Of a DNA stretch of 64,000 nt, positions 24,401-36,810 are shown piece after piece (positions within the stretch are counted from its first letter, which is position 1; each line of letters starts with the position of its first letter). The notes beneath the pieces are model-generated. The model was not told the DNA's origin. It saw nothing but the letters and a program-made list of their open reading frames with translations, and did no database searches. Made by a program: the position numbers and the translations under genes. The stretch comes from Camelus dromedarius (taxonomy: Eukaryota): the NCBI RefSeq assembly GCF_036321535.1, contig NC_087436.1:41356001-41420000 (forward strand). The letters run 5' to 3'.

Positions 24401-25794
24401 TGGAATTTTAATTAGCACCAAGCATTGTTTTAGTGTAAATTGTCGATTTTTCTTTCCTTCTGTAGTATTGGCTCTTAAATTTGTTGTGTAATTGAACAAA
24501 GAGTCTAAAAAATTAAGAAGTTTTTAGTAGATTTGATTAATTTCTTCAGAATAGTTTTATATGTGTGCAGCAGGAAATTCTGCAGTTCTAAGTATAAACA
24601 TCTTTTCATGAGAGAAAAAAATGTGCTAACATTATTCTTGGTATTTAGAATAATTTGTTACATTCACTTATTTTAGTATTTATTTTAAATGTCACCATGC
24701 AAATGTTAATTTTGATATTTCCCTTATTATATTTAATCTCTTGGGATATATCTATTTTTTCAGTACTAGAAAATGTACAATTCATAAATCAGGTTTATTT
24801 ATTTTAATTTAATGCTATCATTAGTGGTAACTACCAAGCTGCGTTTCTTTACACCCCAATAATGAAGATACTCTGTTTCACGTGGTAATCTGAGGACTAA
24901 GCTTGTAAAACTGTTATTGGCCTTTAAAATTTTAAAAATTCTATTTGCAAAACATTATGACCTAAGTTTTCCAGCAAATGAAAATACAGTAAGGAAGAAT
25001 TCATTACTTTTTACACCAAGCCTCACATCCAATGACAAATATGTATCTTAAATTCAAAGCTAAAAGCTGAAGTGTTTCTGAAATTTTATACACAATTTTT
25101 TAAAAAGTTCTTTTTATTCATTGATTCAAGTAAAAATCACTTTCCATGTACCCCTTCACTTTCCATGTACACTTCATAGTCTTAGTGCACCTTTCTCCAA
25201 TATTATCCTCTTACACTGTATTGGAATTCCATTTTTTTAAACTATCATTTTATAGACACAAAATTTTGGACTTTAATTTTTCTTTCCTCAGTGAGTTTTC
25301 TTGGGCCATGTCTTGTGTTCTAAAATCAGAAGAACAAATTTAGACGTGTGATGATGTAAGAATTGCAGAACACTATATCTCTCTTCATTTTTGAGATAAT
25401 TTTCTCACTTTTGTTTTCTCATCCAGTAGAATGACTATAATGGACAGAGGGTGGTGATGGATTAAAAAAAAAATGATAACATTTCCGCAGAATAGTGAGA
25501 AAGCTATTTTTGGTAAGGTCTGATTTTATGATACTCCATTAAAATGTTTCTACTGGTGCTTATTTTGTGTCCATCCAAATAAATCTTTTGACAAGACTCT
25601 GTTATTAGGTATTAATCTGATTTAAAATGCTTATGTAAATCATCAGAATTAAATGTTAAGTGTTAATTCAGTAGCTGGAAGAAAGTAGCTTTGTAGACTT
25701 TGGATGGGTCAGAGCTACTTTCCTCCCTGTATCTATTAATATACATAAATTAAGAAAAGATTCTATCAGCAGAATAAAAGGTCTATTTCATCTA

Positions 25795-27135
25795 TGAGAC
25801 ATTTTAAGTAGACTTCACAGTAACCACAAAATATAAGCCTAGAGCAGAGACACAAAACATTAGAAAAGGGGAAAATGATAAAAAAATCAGAAAACCAACA
25901 AACCAAAATAGTAGACAGAAACACAATGGAAAAGAAACAATGGAGGTACAGAATAATACAAAATACAAAATTAAAATGGCAATACTAAGTCCTCAACTAT
26001 CAATAATCACCCATAATATAAATGGATTGAATTTACCTATCAAATGACACAGAGTGGTTGGATGGATTAAAAACAAGACCTAACTTTATGCTGCCTCCAA
26101 GAGATTGACCTTAGTTTTAAAGATAGACACGCTAAAAATAAAGAGGTAGAAAATGATACTCCAAGCAAATGACAGCCAAAAAAAGTGAGTGTAGCCATAT
26201 TAATATCAGACAAAATAGACTTAAGCCAAAAAGATGAGACAAAACTGGAGACTGTATAATGATACAGGGGATAATTCATCAAGAAGACATAATTATTAAT
26301 ATACATGCACCTAACATAGGAGAACCAAACTGTATAAAACAATTATTAATAAATCTGTAGGGCAAAATTGACAGCAGCATAATAATAGTAAGGTACTATA
26401 ACACTCCCCTTACATCAATGGATAGATCATCCAGACAGAATGACAACCTGGTCAACTGAAAAAGCAGTCTTAAATGAAACATTAGACCAGATGGATTTGA
26501 TAGATTTGTACAGAATACTCCATTTTAAATGCAACAGAATACACACTCTTAAGTGCACATGGAACCTTCTCAAGGATAGACCATATGTTGGGACGTGAAC
26601 AAGTCTCAATAAGTTTAAGAAGATTGCAGTTATATCAAGCACCTTTTCCTACTTCAACTACCGTGGTATGAAACTAGAAATAAACTGTAAGAAGAAAGCT
26701 GGAAAAAAATCACATATGCGGAGGCAGAACAAAATGCCCCTGAACGACTATTTGGTCAGTGAAGAAATCAAAAGAGAAATAAAAAATAACCTAAAGACAA
26801 GTGAAAATGAAATACAACATACTAAAATCTACGAGATCAAAAAAAAAAGGTACTAAGAGGAAAGTTTGTAAGACTACAGGCCTACCTCAAGAAACAAAAA
26901 TTTCAAGTAAACAATCTAGCCTTACAGCTAAAGGTACTAGAAAAAGAAGAACAAATGAAGTCCAAAGCTAGTAGAAGGAAGTATATAAGTAAAGATCAGA
27001 GCTGAAGTAGAGATTAGAAAGACAATGGAAAAGATCAGTGAACATAAGAACTGGTTCTTTGAAAAGACAAACAAATAGATAAACCTTTAGCTAGACTCAC
27101 TGAGAAAAAAGTTCTAATTAATAAAATCAGAAATT
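25795..27135 (+). mobile_element. L1 internal fragment: inter-ORF region and ORF2 endonuclease domain
   Basis: From ATG at 25976 reads MAILSPQLSIITHNINGLNLPIK*HRVVGWIKKQDLTLCCLQE, the L1 ORF2 N-terminus, with stops. Confidence 0.93.
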
Positions 27136-29276
27136 ATAGGATTAAATTATATAAAGTGATTGGAACAATGCCATAGCTATTAGTATCGTCATTTCTGTTT
27201 CAGAGTACATTTTCCTGCTGTCTTTTTTTTTTTTTTACTCCATTCTTCGGAAAGCATGTTCCTGGAGTCCTTGGTCCTTTGTGGTTGATAATCATTTAGT
27301 ATATCACACTCTGAAAAATAGCAGTTAATATAGATTTTGACTAGACTTATCCTTTTTGTAATTTAATGTATTAAATGATATTTGATCCATGTGTAGAAAT
27401 AAGACATGTAACTAAAACTGAGTACCTTAACAATTCATAGGATTCTTAGTCTGTGAGATTATTATAGACATAGGAGAAAAAATTCTTACAGGATTGTTAC
27501 CATTTGAAAAAATATATTTTTAACTCAAGTAACAGTAGCTTAGTTACTTATTTTTGACAATTATATTGCTTCCTAACTCAGAGGAGGTTATTCTTGTAGT
27601 AATGCTAACCTTAGTGTAGTTTTTAACATTTACTTCGTTGTGAGTATTTAGATTGTGATTATAGAATGAATTTATCATATAAGTTAGTGATGTAATTGAC
27701 ATTTGATAGTCCAAGGCTTTATGCTAAGCATATAATAAAATAAAACTTTCATTTGACCTTTATATTATTTCTGGTGGAAGGTTAACTACAGTTGGTGTCC
27801 GTCAAATGAGAATGACATTAAACACCTTACCTTTCACCCCAAAGATATATATACTCCAGAGATTTAGGGATGTGCTGTAATCTCTCTTTAGTTGACATAT
27901 ATTCAAGGAGGATATTAAGACGTCAGAACACAAAACAGATTCAGTAAAATACAGACAACAACGTTTCTTTGTTATGTCAAATAGTTTCAAAGGGAGAGAA
28001 AGAAGAAAAATGAAAAACATCTATTAAACAAATATGGCTCAAGTGTAGCTTTGTTTATAAAATAAAAATACATTTGAAGAGAGGGTTTATTATTTCATTG
28101 GTGTGCTGCTGGTTCTGTTTTATTTTTGTTCTTGGCAGTAGCCCTTGCAGTTTTCACAATGTCTTGGGGCCTAATCTTTGTAGAGGGTGAAATATAGTTT
28201 GTCTTCAAAATCTGTGTATAAGTCAAGAGTGTATTTAAGGATATACAGTGGGGCCAGAGTAGAACAGGTGTAGTGAAGAAAGAGTAAATGAAAATAGGTG
28301 TGAAGAGATTTCCTTTTTTTCTTTTTTATTAATTCAGGAATGGAAATATCTGAAAATATAAGTAGGGACAATATCGAGCTTAGGGGGAAAGAAGACTGAG
28401 TTTCAAGTGGTTAACAAAGTAGGTAAAAGTAATTGTTCAGGGTTTCTACATTAGTTAATTCTGTTTATCAGGATGGGTGATAGAAATATAAATATAATTG
28501 GGACAGAATTATTTGTACTTTGTTCACTTAATTGCAGATTTCTTTCTGTATAATAATGACTAAGTGAAGAAAGGAAGAAATTAATATGTAAAGGAATAAA
28601 GGAAAGACAGAAACACAATATTCACCTTACCTGGTTCCTCTGATGGCATCAGTGAACTAATCATAATATTCTATTACATGGTTTCCTAAGAAAAAAACTG
28701 CAAAAGTCATCAATCACCAGGTGGTGTAAAAAAAATTTTGAAATCATTCAACGTTTTTTGAAACTGTTCCAGCAACCTTTTGCAGGTGTTTTTAATAGAG
28801 AAAATGTGCCCATCTGTGAATGTTTACCCACAAAGACTGTTTCAACAGATCCATAGATTCAAAACAGCCCAACATTCAGCAGGCTCCTATTATGTGCATA
28901 AGCATATGTGATTAATTTTATTTACAGTAGTTTATTACTGTGTGTATTTATTCATGAATGAAACAATCGGGAAGACATGGTTGCAGCTGTCTGTGCTTTA
29001 CCATTCAAGTTATTTGAACCCAGTGACTAACCTTTACATACTTCTTGAAAAGGGTTTTATGATAGTTATTAGCCATCTAAAGCTCTCGGTGTTGTTCCTG
29101 ATTGCCTTTTTTACAGTTTCCCATTCGTGAGAAGCATTACCACATGCTGTGCTACCTGCAGCCATCTCTTTACTAAAACATCGCAGTGGTGTTGATCAAA
29201 GCCCAGCAATTACTCTGGAGGTCATAAAATGTGCAGAGGAAGAGGGAGTAGTATATGTCTATAAGATAGTTTATTT

Positions 29277-29467
29277 GAATGGTTCTCATCTCTGTCTTCA
29301 CTTTAGAACCATTCCTGTTGAAGGAGATTTTAACATCTGCCAGCACTGAGCCTATCAATTAAGTTAATATCTGGGATGAGGGTAGGGAATCAGCCTTGTA
29401 TATTTATTTATTCATTTTCACATTTCCTCAGATAATTCCTGTGCTCGAGTTGTGAAGTCCTGCTCTA
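29277..29467. mobile_element. hAT-Charlie MITE, MER5A-like
   Basis: tggttctca...cactttagaaccattc...aattaagttaatatctggga...ttcctcagataattc...ctgctcta. Confidence 0.55.
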
Positions 29468-29561
29468 TATAGAAATGTACAAGTTATTTTGAGAGAAATA
29501 TAAAGTATATTAAATACCAAACATAAGATTTTTAAGAAAAGTAATAGAAGGAGATCCAAAT

Positions 29562-29680
29562 TTAGTTCAGTGGTGGAGTGTGTGCCTGGCATGCATGAAG
29601 TCCTGGGTTCAAACCCTAGTACCTCCTCTAAAAATACACAAACCTAATTACCTCCCCTCCAAGAAAAAACCCACAAATAA
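29562..29680 (+). mobile_element. tRNA-derived SINE, camelid Vic-1-like (second copy)
   Basis: tagttcagtggtggagtgtgtgcctggcatgcatgaagtcctgggttcaaaccctagtacctcc...aacctaattacctcccc; homologous to the copy at 3648. Confidence 0.85.
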
Positions 29681-31945
29681 ATGAGTAAAAGGTGGTGGGG
29701 GATGGGCTATATGGCTGGTGGACTCAAATGGGTATGAAACGCTTTCATAGACTTAGGCAAGAACAATAATATTATAGGAAGGTTACAAATTTGATATGTT
29801 TTAATTAAAATGTATATTATAACAAAAATAAAATCTTTAAGGAGTGTAAAATATACATGTTTGAATTCCCAAAGCAGGCCAAGATCAATGAGAGAAATGA
29901 CAGGTTTATTATAGAAAAGACCAAAAGAATGAATAAAAATACCCGTATAGTATTTATAAGTTATATTGCAAATCTAGTTTATAATGATTAGGATAATCAA
30001 ATATTTAGAGGTATTGACAGCTCATTCAAGGCTCTTAACCCACCTGTAATGCATGTAGTGTATCTGGGATTCAGGAATAATTTAGGAATCATTTACATAC
30101 AGATCATATGTAAAATTGCAGAAATGGATGGAAAGAGAAAAGAGGTTGAAACTCCCTTAAGTTACGATCTCTGGTTATCTTACTCAACATGACTTACAAG
30201 GCTACTATGTGCTTGTTGCTGTTCGAGGCAGTATACAAAGTTTTATACCTCAGTTTATTTAGGTTAAAAAAAAGTATGAACAAATTTATGCAAATTTTTA
30301 TTTGCTCATTCATGGCATATATAAATCTAATCTTTGTAATCAGGTGCATCAATAAAAAGCAGATAAATTCACGGACATGAAATAAATACTTGTTATCACC
30401 ACCCTTCCCCCATCATGGTCCCAGGACAGCTTGTTCTCTTATAAGAGACATTCTGCTCCAAAGTAAATGTGATTTCAAGCTCTTGACTAGACTTTATTAC
30501 ACTGAATTGTTAATAAGAGTTCTTTTATTCTAAATTCAAAAGGAAGAGTTCTCAGTTCATCACTGAACTTGGAAAGATGTGCCAGTTACAGCAACTAAAT
30601 ACCGTAGCTACAAAGAAGGCTTAGAATTTTAATAAGCACTTTCATTCAGCATGGAATGCACACCTTTGACAAAAAGTCTCACAGTGCTTCTCTACAAAAC
30701 CCATACTTGAAGTGGGAACTTATTTTAGATTAACTCAGGAGACTTGAGCTTAATAAAGATTGGCCCAACTGATTGATTTATTCTACTTAGAGAGACAGCT
30801 AACTTATGAAATTGAGTTATTGATGTCTCCAAGTTTCAATAAAGAATAAAACATCTCTGACTTACTGCTTATTTAATGTAAAATATGCTAACTATATAAA
30901 ATGTGTTAAATATAAATTTCAGTTTACCATTTACTAGTAAGCTGAAGGACTTTTTTCAATTAAAGAATACTCAGCTTGCAGTGATATGAAAAATTTGACA
31001 TATGATATTGTGTAGTCTCTCATTGTAAGTTGTACTGTTAGTAGCTGTTTGTATAAATGTGCACATCCGCAGAACATACACAAGAAATGCTAAATAATTT
31101 CATTCAGGAGACACAAAAGGGAAAAGAGAATATTTTATTTCTAAATAATGCGATAGAGAATAAAATACAGATTTAAATCCACACAATAACTTTCCAATGA
31201 CTAAAACTGTTAAGTAGCACATTAGATCTGATAGAGGTTTGGGTGTTTTCTTCAACTTGGAACTCATTTATATACTCATGGATTTAAGAAAATACTACCT
31301 TGCTGTATAAAATTTTTGTTAAAAAAAAGATACCTTATATATAATGCTCACTATTCCCAAGGGCCTTATTTAGGGTCCATTTTTCATGTAAATTAATTCT
31401 AAAAATTGTATCTGTCATTACCAGTTTATCTATATCATTGTGCTTCTCATCAATTTATCTTGGCTAACAAAACCCCTAAAGGGAAATACACTGGAATATA
31501 TATTTCATGCAATTAGGGATACCATGGAGTATTAAAACTATGTTTAAATATAACAGGGTGAAGAAAGGGTTATCTTTTATTTGAAAAAATTATAGGTGAT
31601 ATGTCTAATTTAATAAATCATTTTCTTCAAATAATATTTTAAGATTTTGAATAATAATAATTATGAGTTTACTCCCAGTGTCTAAAATAGAAAGTTCTTT
31701 ATATTAAAGAAAAGCATTGGAATTTTTGTTCTTTTTGTTTTTCTCTCTCTTTTTTTTTTTTAATATTTAGCACCTTTACTCAATATACAGAAATCAGTGT
31801 GAAAGTAAAATGAAAAGACAAATTTATTATTCAGTATGATTGATTTTGTTTCATGAATAGCATGAAGTAAAAAGTATTTAAAAGAAATTGGCCTTGGATA
31901 TTATTATTCCAATCAACTAAGCATGCCTGATTTATATTCTCTCAA

Positions 31946-33232
31946 TTTTTTTTAATTGAAGTATGGTCAGTTTACAGTGTGTCAATTTCTGGTGTACAGC
32001 GTAATAGTTCAGTCATACATATACATACATATATCTGTTTTCATATTCTTTTTCATTATAGGTTACTACAAGATATTGAATATAGTTCCCTGTGCTGTAC
32101 AGAAGAAACTTGTTGTTTATCTATTTTATATATTGTAGTTAGTATCTACAAATCTCGAACTCCCAGTTTATCCCTTCCCACCCTCTTCCCCACCTGGTAA
32201 CCATAAGTTTGTTTTCTATGTCTGCGAGTCTGTTTCTGTTCTGTAAATAAGTTCATTTGTCTTTTTTTTAAGATTCCACATGTAAGTGATATCATATGGT
32301 ATTTTTCTTTCTCTTTCTGGCTTACTTCACTTAGAATTACAGTCTCCAGGTCCATCCATGTTACTACAAATAGCAATATTTTATTTTTTATAGCTGAGTA
32401 GCATTCCATTGTATGTATTTATGTATATATTCAGATATACCACAGCTTCTTTATCCAGTTATCTGTCGATGGACATTTAGGTTTCTTCCATGTCTTGGCT
32501 ATTGTATATAGTGCTGCTGTGAACATTGGAGTGCATGTATCTTTTTGAATTAAAGTTCACTCTGGATATATGCCTAGGAGTGGGATTGCTGGATCATATG
32601 GTAAGTCTATTTTTAGTTTTTTGAGGAATTTCCTTACTGTTTTCCATAACAGCTGCACCAGATTGTATTCTCACCAACAGTGTAGGAGGGTTCCCATTTT
32701 TCTCCACACCCTCACCAGCATTTATTATTTGTGGAACTTACGAATGATGGCCATTCTGACTGGTGTGAGGTTATACCTCCTTTTAGTTTTGATTTGCATT
32801 TTTCTGATCATTAGTGATATTGAGCATTTTTTTCATGTGCCTATTGCCCATTTGTCTGTCTATAGAATATTGCTTGTATAGGTCTTCTGCCTATTTTTGG
32901 ATTGAGTTGCTTGGTTTTTTTCTTATTAAGTTATTTGAGCTCTATGTATTCTGGAAATTAAGCCCTTGTGAGTCTCATCTTTTACAAATATTTATCCCAT
33001 TCTGTAGGTTATCTTTTTGTTTTGCTTATGGTTTCCTTTGCTATGCAAAAGTCTATATGTTTAATTTGGTCCCACTTGTTAATTTTTGCTTTTATTTTCA
33101 TTGCCTGGGTAGGCTTCCCTAGGAGAACATTGCTAAGATTTAAGTCAGATAATGTTTTGCCTGCATTCTCTTGTAAGAGGTTTATAGTGTTGTCTTATGT
33201 TTAAGTCTTTAAGCCATTTTGAATTTATTTTT
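31946..33232 (-). mobile_element. Relatively young 5'-truncated L1 (ORF2 C-terminus and 3'UTR)
   Basis: Minus ORF 32146-32409 MECYSAIKNKILLFVVTWMDLETVILSEVSQKEKEKYHMISLTCGI is the L1 ORF2 C-terminal region; poly(T) at ~31946; cetartiodactyl-type 3'UTR. Confidence 0.95.
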
Positions 33233-34131
33233 AATTGATAATGAATAGCGAAAGACAAAGATAAATCTTGGCTATGTAAGCTCTGTTTTAAAAAAGACCA
33301 TGTCTCAAGGTTTTCTGTAACTAAATGATTGATGTATCTAGATTGGGAGGCATATTATGGACTTATATTCATGCTCACCTTATTAAGTAGCCCTACCCCT
33401 TCTCAAAAAAAGTAGACAGTTCCATAAGATATAGAAAACTTCATCTTGTGGGTTCTCTTAGCCAGCACCCAGTTTTATCTCTAAATGTAAAATTATAAGA
33501 GTTGACACAGAATCAGAAAGAAGTACTCAGCAAGACCGCATCAGATTTATACTTCTACATGTTCATTCAAAGAGGAGGGGCAGACAAAAAAGATCTCAGA
33601 AAATAATACATTTGGGAAAAGAAAGGATTAAAAATATCTCCATATATGCTCACTTACCTTGACAAAGTTTTAAAAATACTTTCAGAGACAGAATAATGAT
33701 CAGAGCAATGCATGCTGAAAGACAAGGTCCTTCATGCATTACATAAATCAAAAACTGTAAACTACACCTGAGAACAGCTTAGTCAGGGAGAGCACAGATC
33801 ATGAGAGTTATAGATGATCTAGAATCAATTCAGAAGACTCCAGTAGATGAAATTGTATGAGCTGTGGAAAGATGAAGTAAAAGCTGGCCTGTAAGCCTCA
33901 ATATTGTTCTATGAGTTTGGAAAACAAATGTGGAGTATAAATTGAAGGAAGATTGATGATAAGGGGCTCATTTTGTCATCAGGATTGTTTTGGCAATCTT
34001 GATAGTCAACCTAAGATATCAAAGTGAGTGGAGTAGAAAGAGAGGTTTACACAGAAATGTGTGGCGAAATAATTACATGGGCTAGAGAGAAGCAGAGAGA
34101 AAAGATTCAAAAAATACTTTTAAAATAGTAA

Positions 34132-34589
34132 TCTTTTAATTTGCTTGGACTACCATAACAAAATACCACAAACTAGGAAGCTTAAACAAGAGAAATTTAG
34201 TATGTCAGTTAAAGAGGCTAAAAGTCCAAGATCAAGGTACCAGGAAGGTTGGTTTTCTTTGCGGACTATTTGGAAGAATCTGTTCCATCCTTTCTCCTAG
34301 CTTCAGGTGGTTTTCTGGCAATTTTTAAATTTTCATTGGCTTATAGAAATATTGCTGGGTGTCTGTCTTCATCTTTACATGGTGTTCTTCCTGTGTGCAT
34401 GTCTTTGTCCAAATTTCCCCTTTTTATAAGGATACATGTCACATTTGGATTAGGATGCAATCTGCTTCAGTATGACATTATCTTAAATAATTACATTTTC
34501 ATACCCTATTTACAAATGAATTTACATTCTAGGGTGCTAACACCTAGAACTTTAATATATGAGCTTTTGAGTGGACACAACTCATGACA
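34132..34589 (-). mobile_element. MaLR LTR, MLT1B/C-like
   Basis: ccataacaaaataccacaaactagg...aagtccaagatcaagg...gaatctgttccatcctttctcctagcttc...ggacacaactca. Confidence 0.88.
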
Positions 34590-35479
34590 AATGGTTAGAC
34601 GAGAAATCTGTAAAATATAATTTGATGTAAATATTTTTACAGAAATTTATAAATTGAGCAAGGATATAGAATAATACCCAGATAACTCCAAAGTAGGGAG
34701 TTCGGTGTGTGGAGGAATGAAGATACAGTATATTCAGATGAATATATATTTATTTCTGTGTGTTAAACTTTTCTGATTGTTCAGTAGAAAAATAATTTTA
34801 ACATGCACAAATTCTAGGTTAGCAGTAGTAAAAAGCTGAGCCCTTGGAGTTAGCCAGTCAATATTATACTTTGGTCGTGTTTTCTTTTAATAACTGACAA
34901 TCTCTTTTACTGCTTTCATCGCCCAGAACAACCTTATTGTCATGACATGTTGACATGCACAGGTGAGAGAGAGATGGACCTTGCTTGAATAAGCAAGATT
35001 CTCTAAGTGACATATGCAAGTAAAACATATTGGCTTTAGAATGCCAGGGTTTTGCAAGAACAAGCAATTAAGCACTTCTAGACTTTGTGCACCTGTGGTG
35101 ATGCTGGTTCCAAATTCATTAAGCAGGCATCTGGTCCAGAAGAAGACGGTCTGTTGATTTTTTACTTTCTAACATGAAAACCAAGTCTAATTTATGCATT
35201 GCTACAGTAAATTAGAGAAGAAAAGATTGCCATTCAAGAAGTTTTAGTTGTTGGTGTTTTATTGTTGTCACGCTATTTTTGTTTTCCCTAATCCATGGGG
35301 AATTTTATAGATTTAAATGATCTGTATGTGAAAGGATTTCCACTTCCCAACATAATTTTCAAAGCATTTATAGCAATAATAAAAGTTAATCATATTGGGA
35401 TCTGTAAAAAATCTGATACAAGCTATAAAATCTCTCCTCATAAAGTCCATGTAAACTCAATATTTTTTGTATATTTCAA

Positions 35480-35900
35480 TGTCTTAGTTAAAATATAGGC
35501 TGCTTTTTAAGTTGATTAAAAATGACTGAAAGTAGAAGCTTATTTGTCTCATGTAATAGTCTAGTCTAAGAGGAGTGGATGGGCTGTGCTCCAGATTCTG
35601 TTTCTTTGTTTCATTGCTATAACCTAGCTGGTTATTTTCATATTTAGTCTAAATATATGATCACTGCTATGTTTGTATTTCAAATAAGAATAAGAGGGGA
35701 GAGCGTGGGGGACAATTAACTTCATTTGTATAGTTTTAATCAATAGGTGCATAAAACATTTTTATTCAAGTACAGTTGATCAGTACCTAGTGGCACAGCT
35801 ACCCCTACCTACAAGGATGGCTAACAAATGAAATGTGTAGCTGAGCCACCATGTTCACAACCAAAACTCCATCAAAAACAGCACTATTATTTAATGGGTA
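35480..35900 (-). mobile_element. Ancient ERVL LTR, LTR33-like
   Basis: tagaagcttatttgtctcatgtaatagtc...ctagtggcacagctacccctacctacaagg...gagccaccatgttcacaaccaaaa. Confidence 0.55.
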
Positions 35901-35959
35901 ACCTGCCATGCTTGAGTTCATTGAACTCTGGTTATGTGGACACTTTGGAAGTACGTAAA

Positions 35960-36810
35960 CACCTAATATGCCTTGTAAATATGTTCAGATATAAACATTT
36001 GTCTGAGAATTTTAATCTGATTCTTAAAGGGGCCTCCCTGCCTCCCAAATTTTTAATAGAACACTCCCTCTTCCATTTGCCCTTATCATTAAGTTGTTAA
36101 TATCAAAAACCTGGAAATAATTCTTGATATTTCTCGGACATGCCATCACCATGTCCAGTTCACATGTTCTTATGAGTCCTTCCACCAAATGTACTCCTAA
36201 CGTAGTCACTTACACAAGTTTCCGCTGTTAATCAGCCTAGGCAAAGTCATCAAGGTAGAGATATCATTTCTCATGACTGGGCTATTTTAAGAGCCTATTA
36301 ACTGGTTCCTGATGTTCTTTTTTTGTTCCTTTCTTATCTCTTCTGAAGGTAAAGCCAGGTATCTTTCTAAAATAAAAAAAAAATAGAATTATATGACTTC
36401 CAAACTTAAATGTTTAATGGCTTTTTACTTCTTTAGATCATATTTAAAATTTATTACAACATGCAAGATCGCGCATTCCTGGCCACAATCTCTCTAATGT
36501 AATTTCAGGTCACACTCCTCTCTTCTTCATCTTCCAGGCTTTACAGTTTCATTCTGTTTCTCAAACACACCAACCTACTTCCCCACTGAGAGCTGCTGCA
36601 AATGCTTTTTCTTCCACCTTAAATGTTTTCCTCTCAGTGCCCACCTTTTCAGAATAGTTTCATTGAAAATTGGTATAGATCTGTATTTTCATGGACATTA
36701 TGTATTTCGATGGGTAAGCTAACTTATTTGTGTTTGTTTTTTATCTAGTTCTTTCACTTGTCCATGTCTCATTTTCCTAGCAAATGAAAGTAAAGAAGTG
36801 TTTACTAAAT
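35960..36810 (+). mobile_element. L2 fragment
   Basis: Pyrimidine-rich sense L2 pattern (aaaacctggaaataattcttga, gcctattaactggttcct, ctgtttctcaaacacaccaacc). Confidence 0.7.

Noticed and set aside
31956..33204. Several hydrophobic plus-strand ORFs
   Set aside because: Antisense translations of the L1 3' region.
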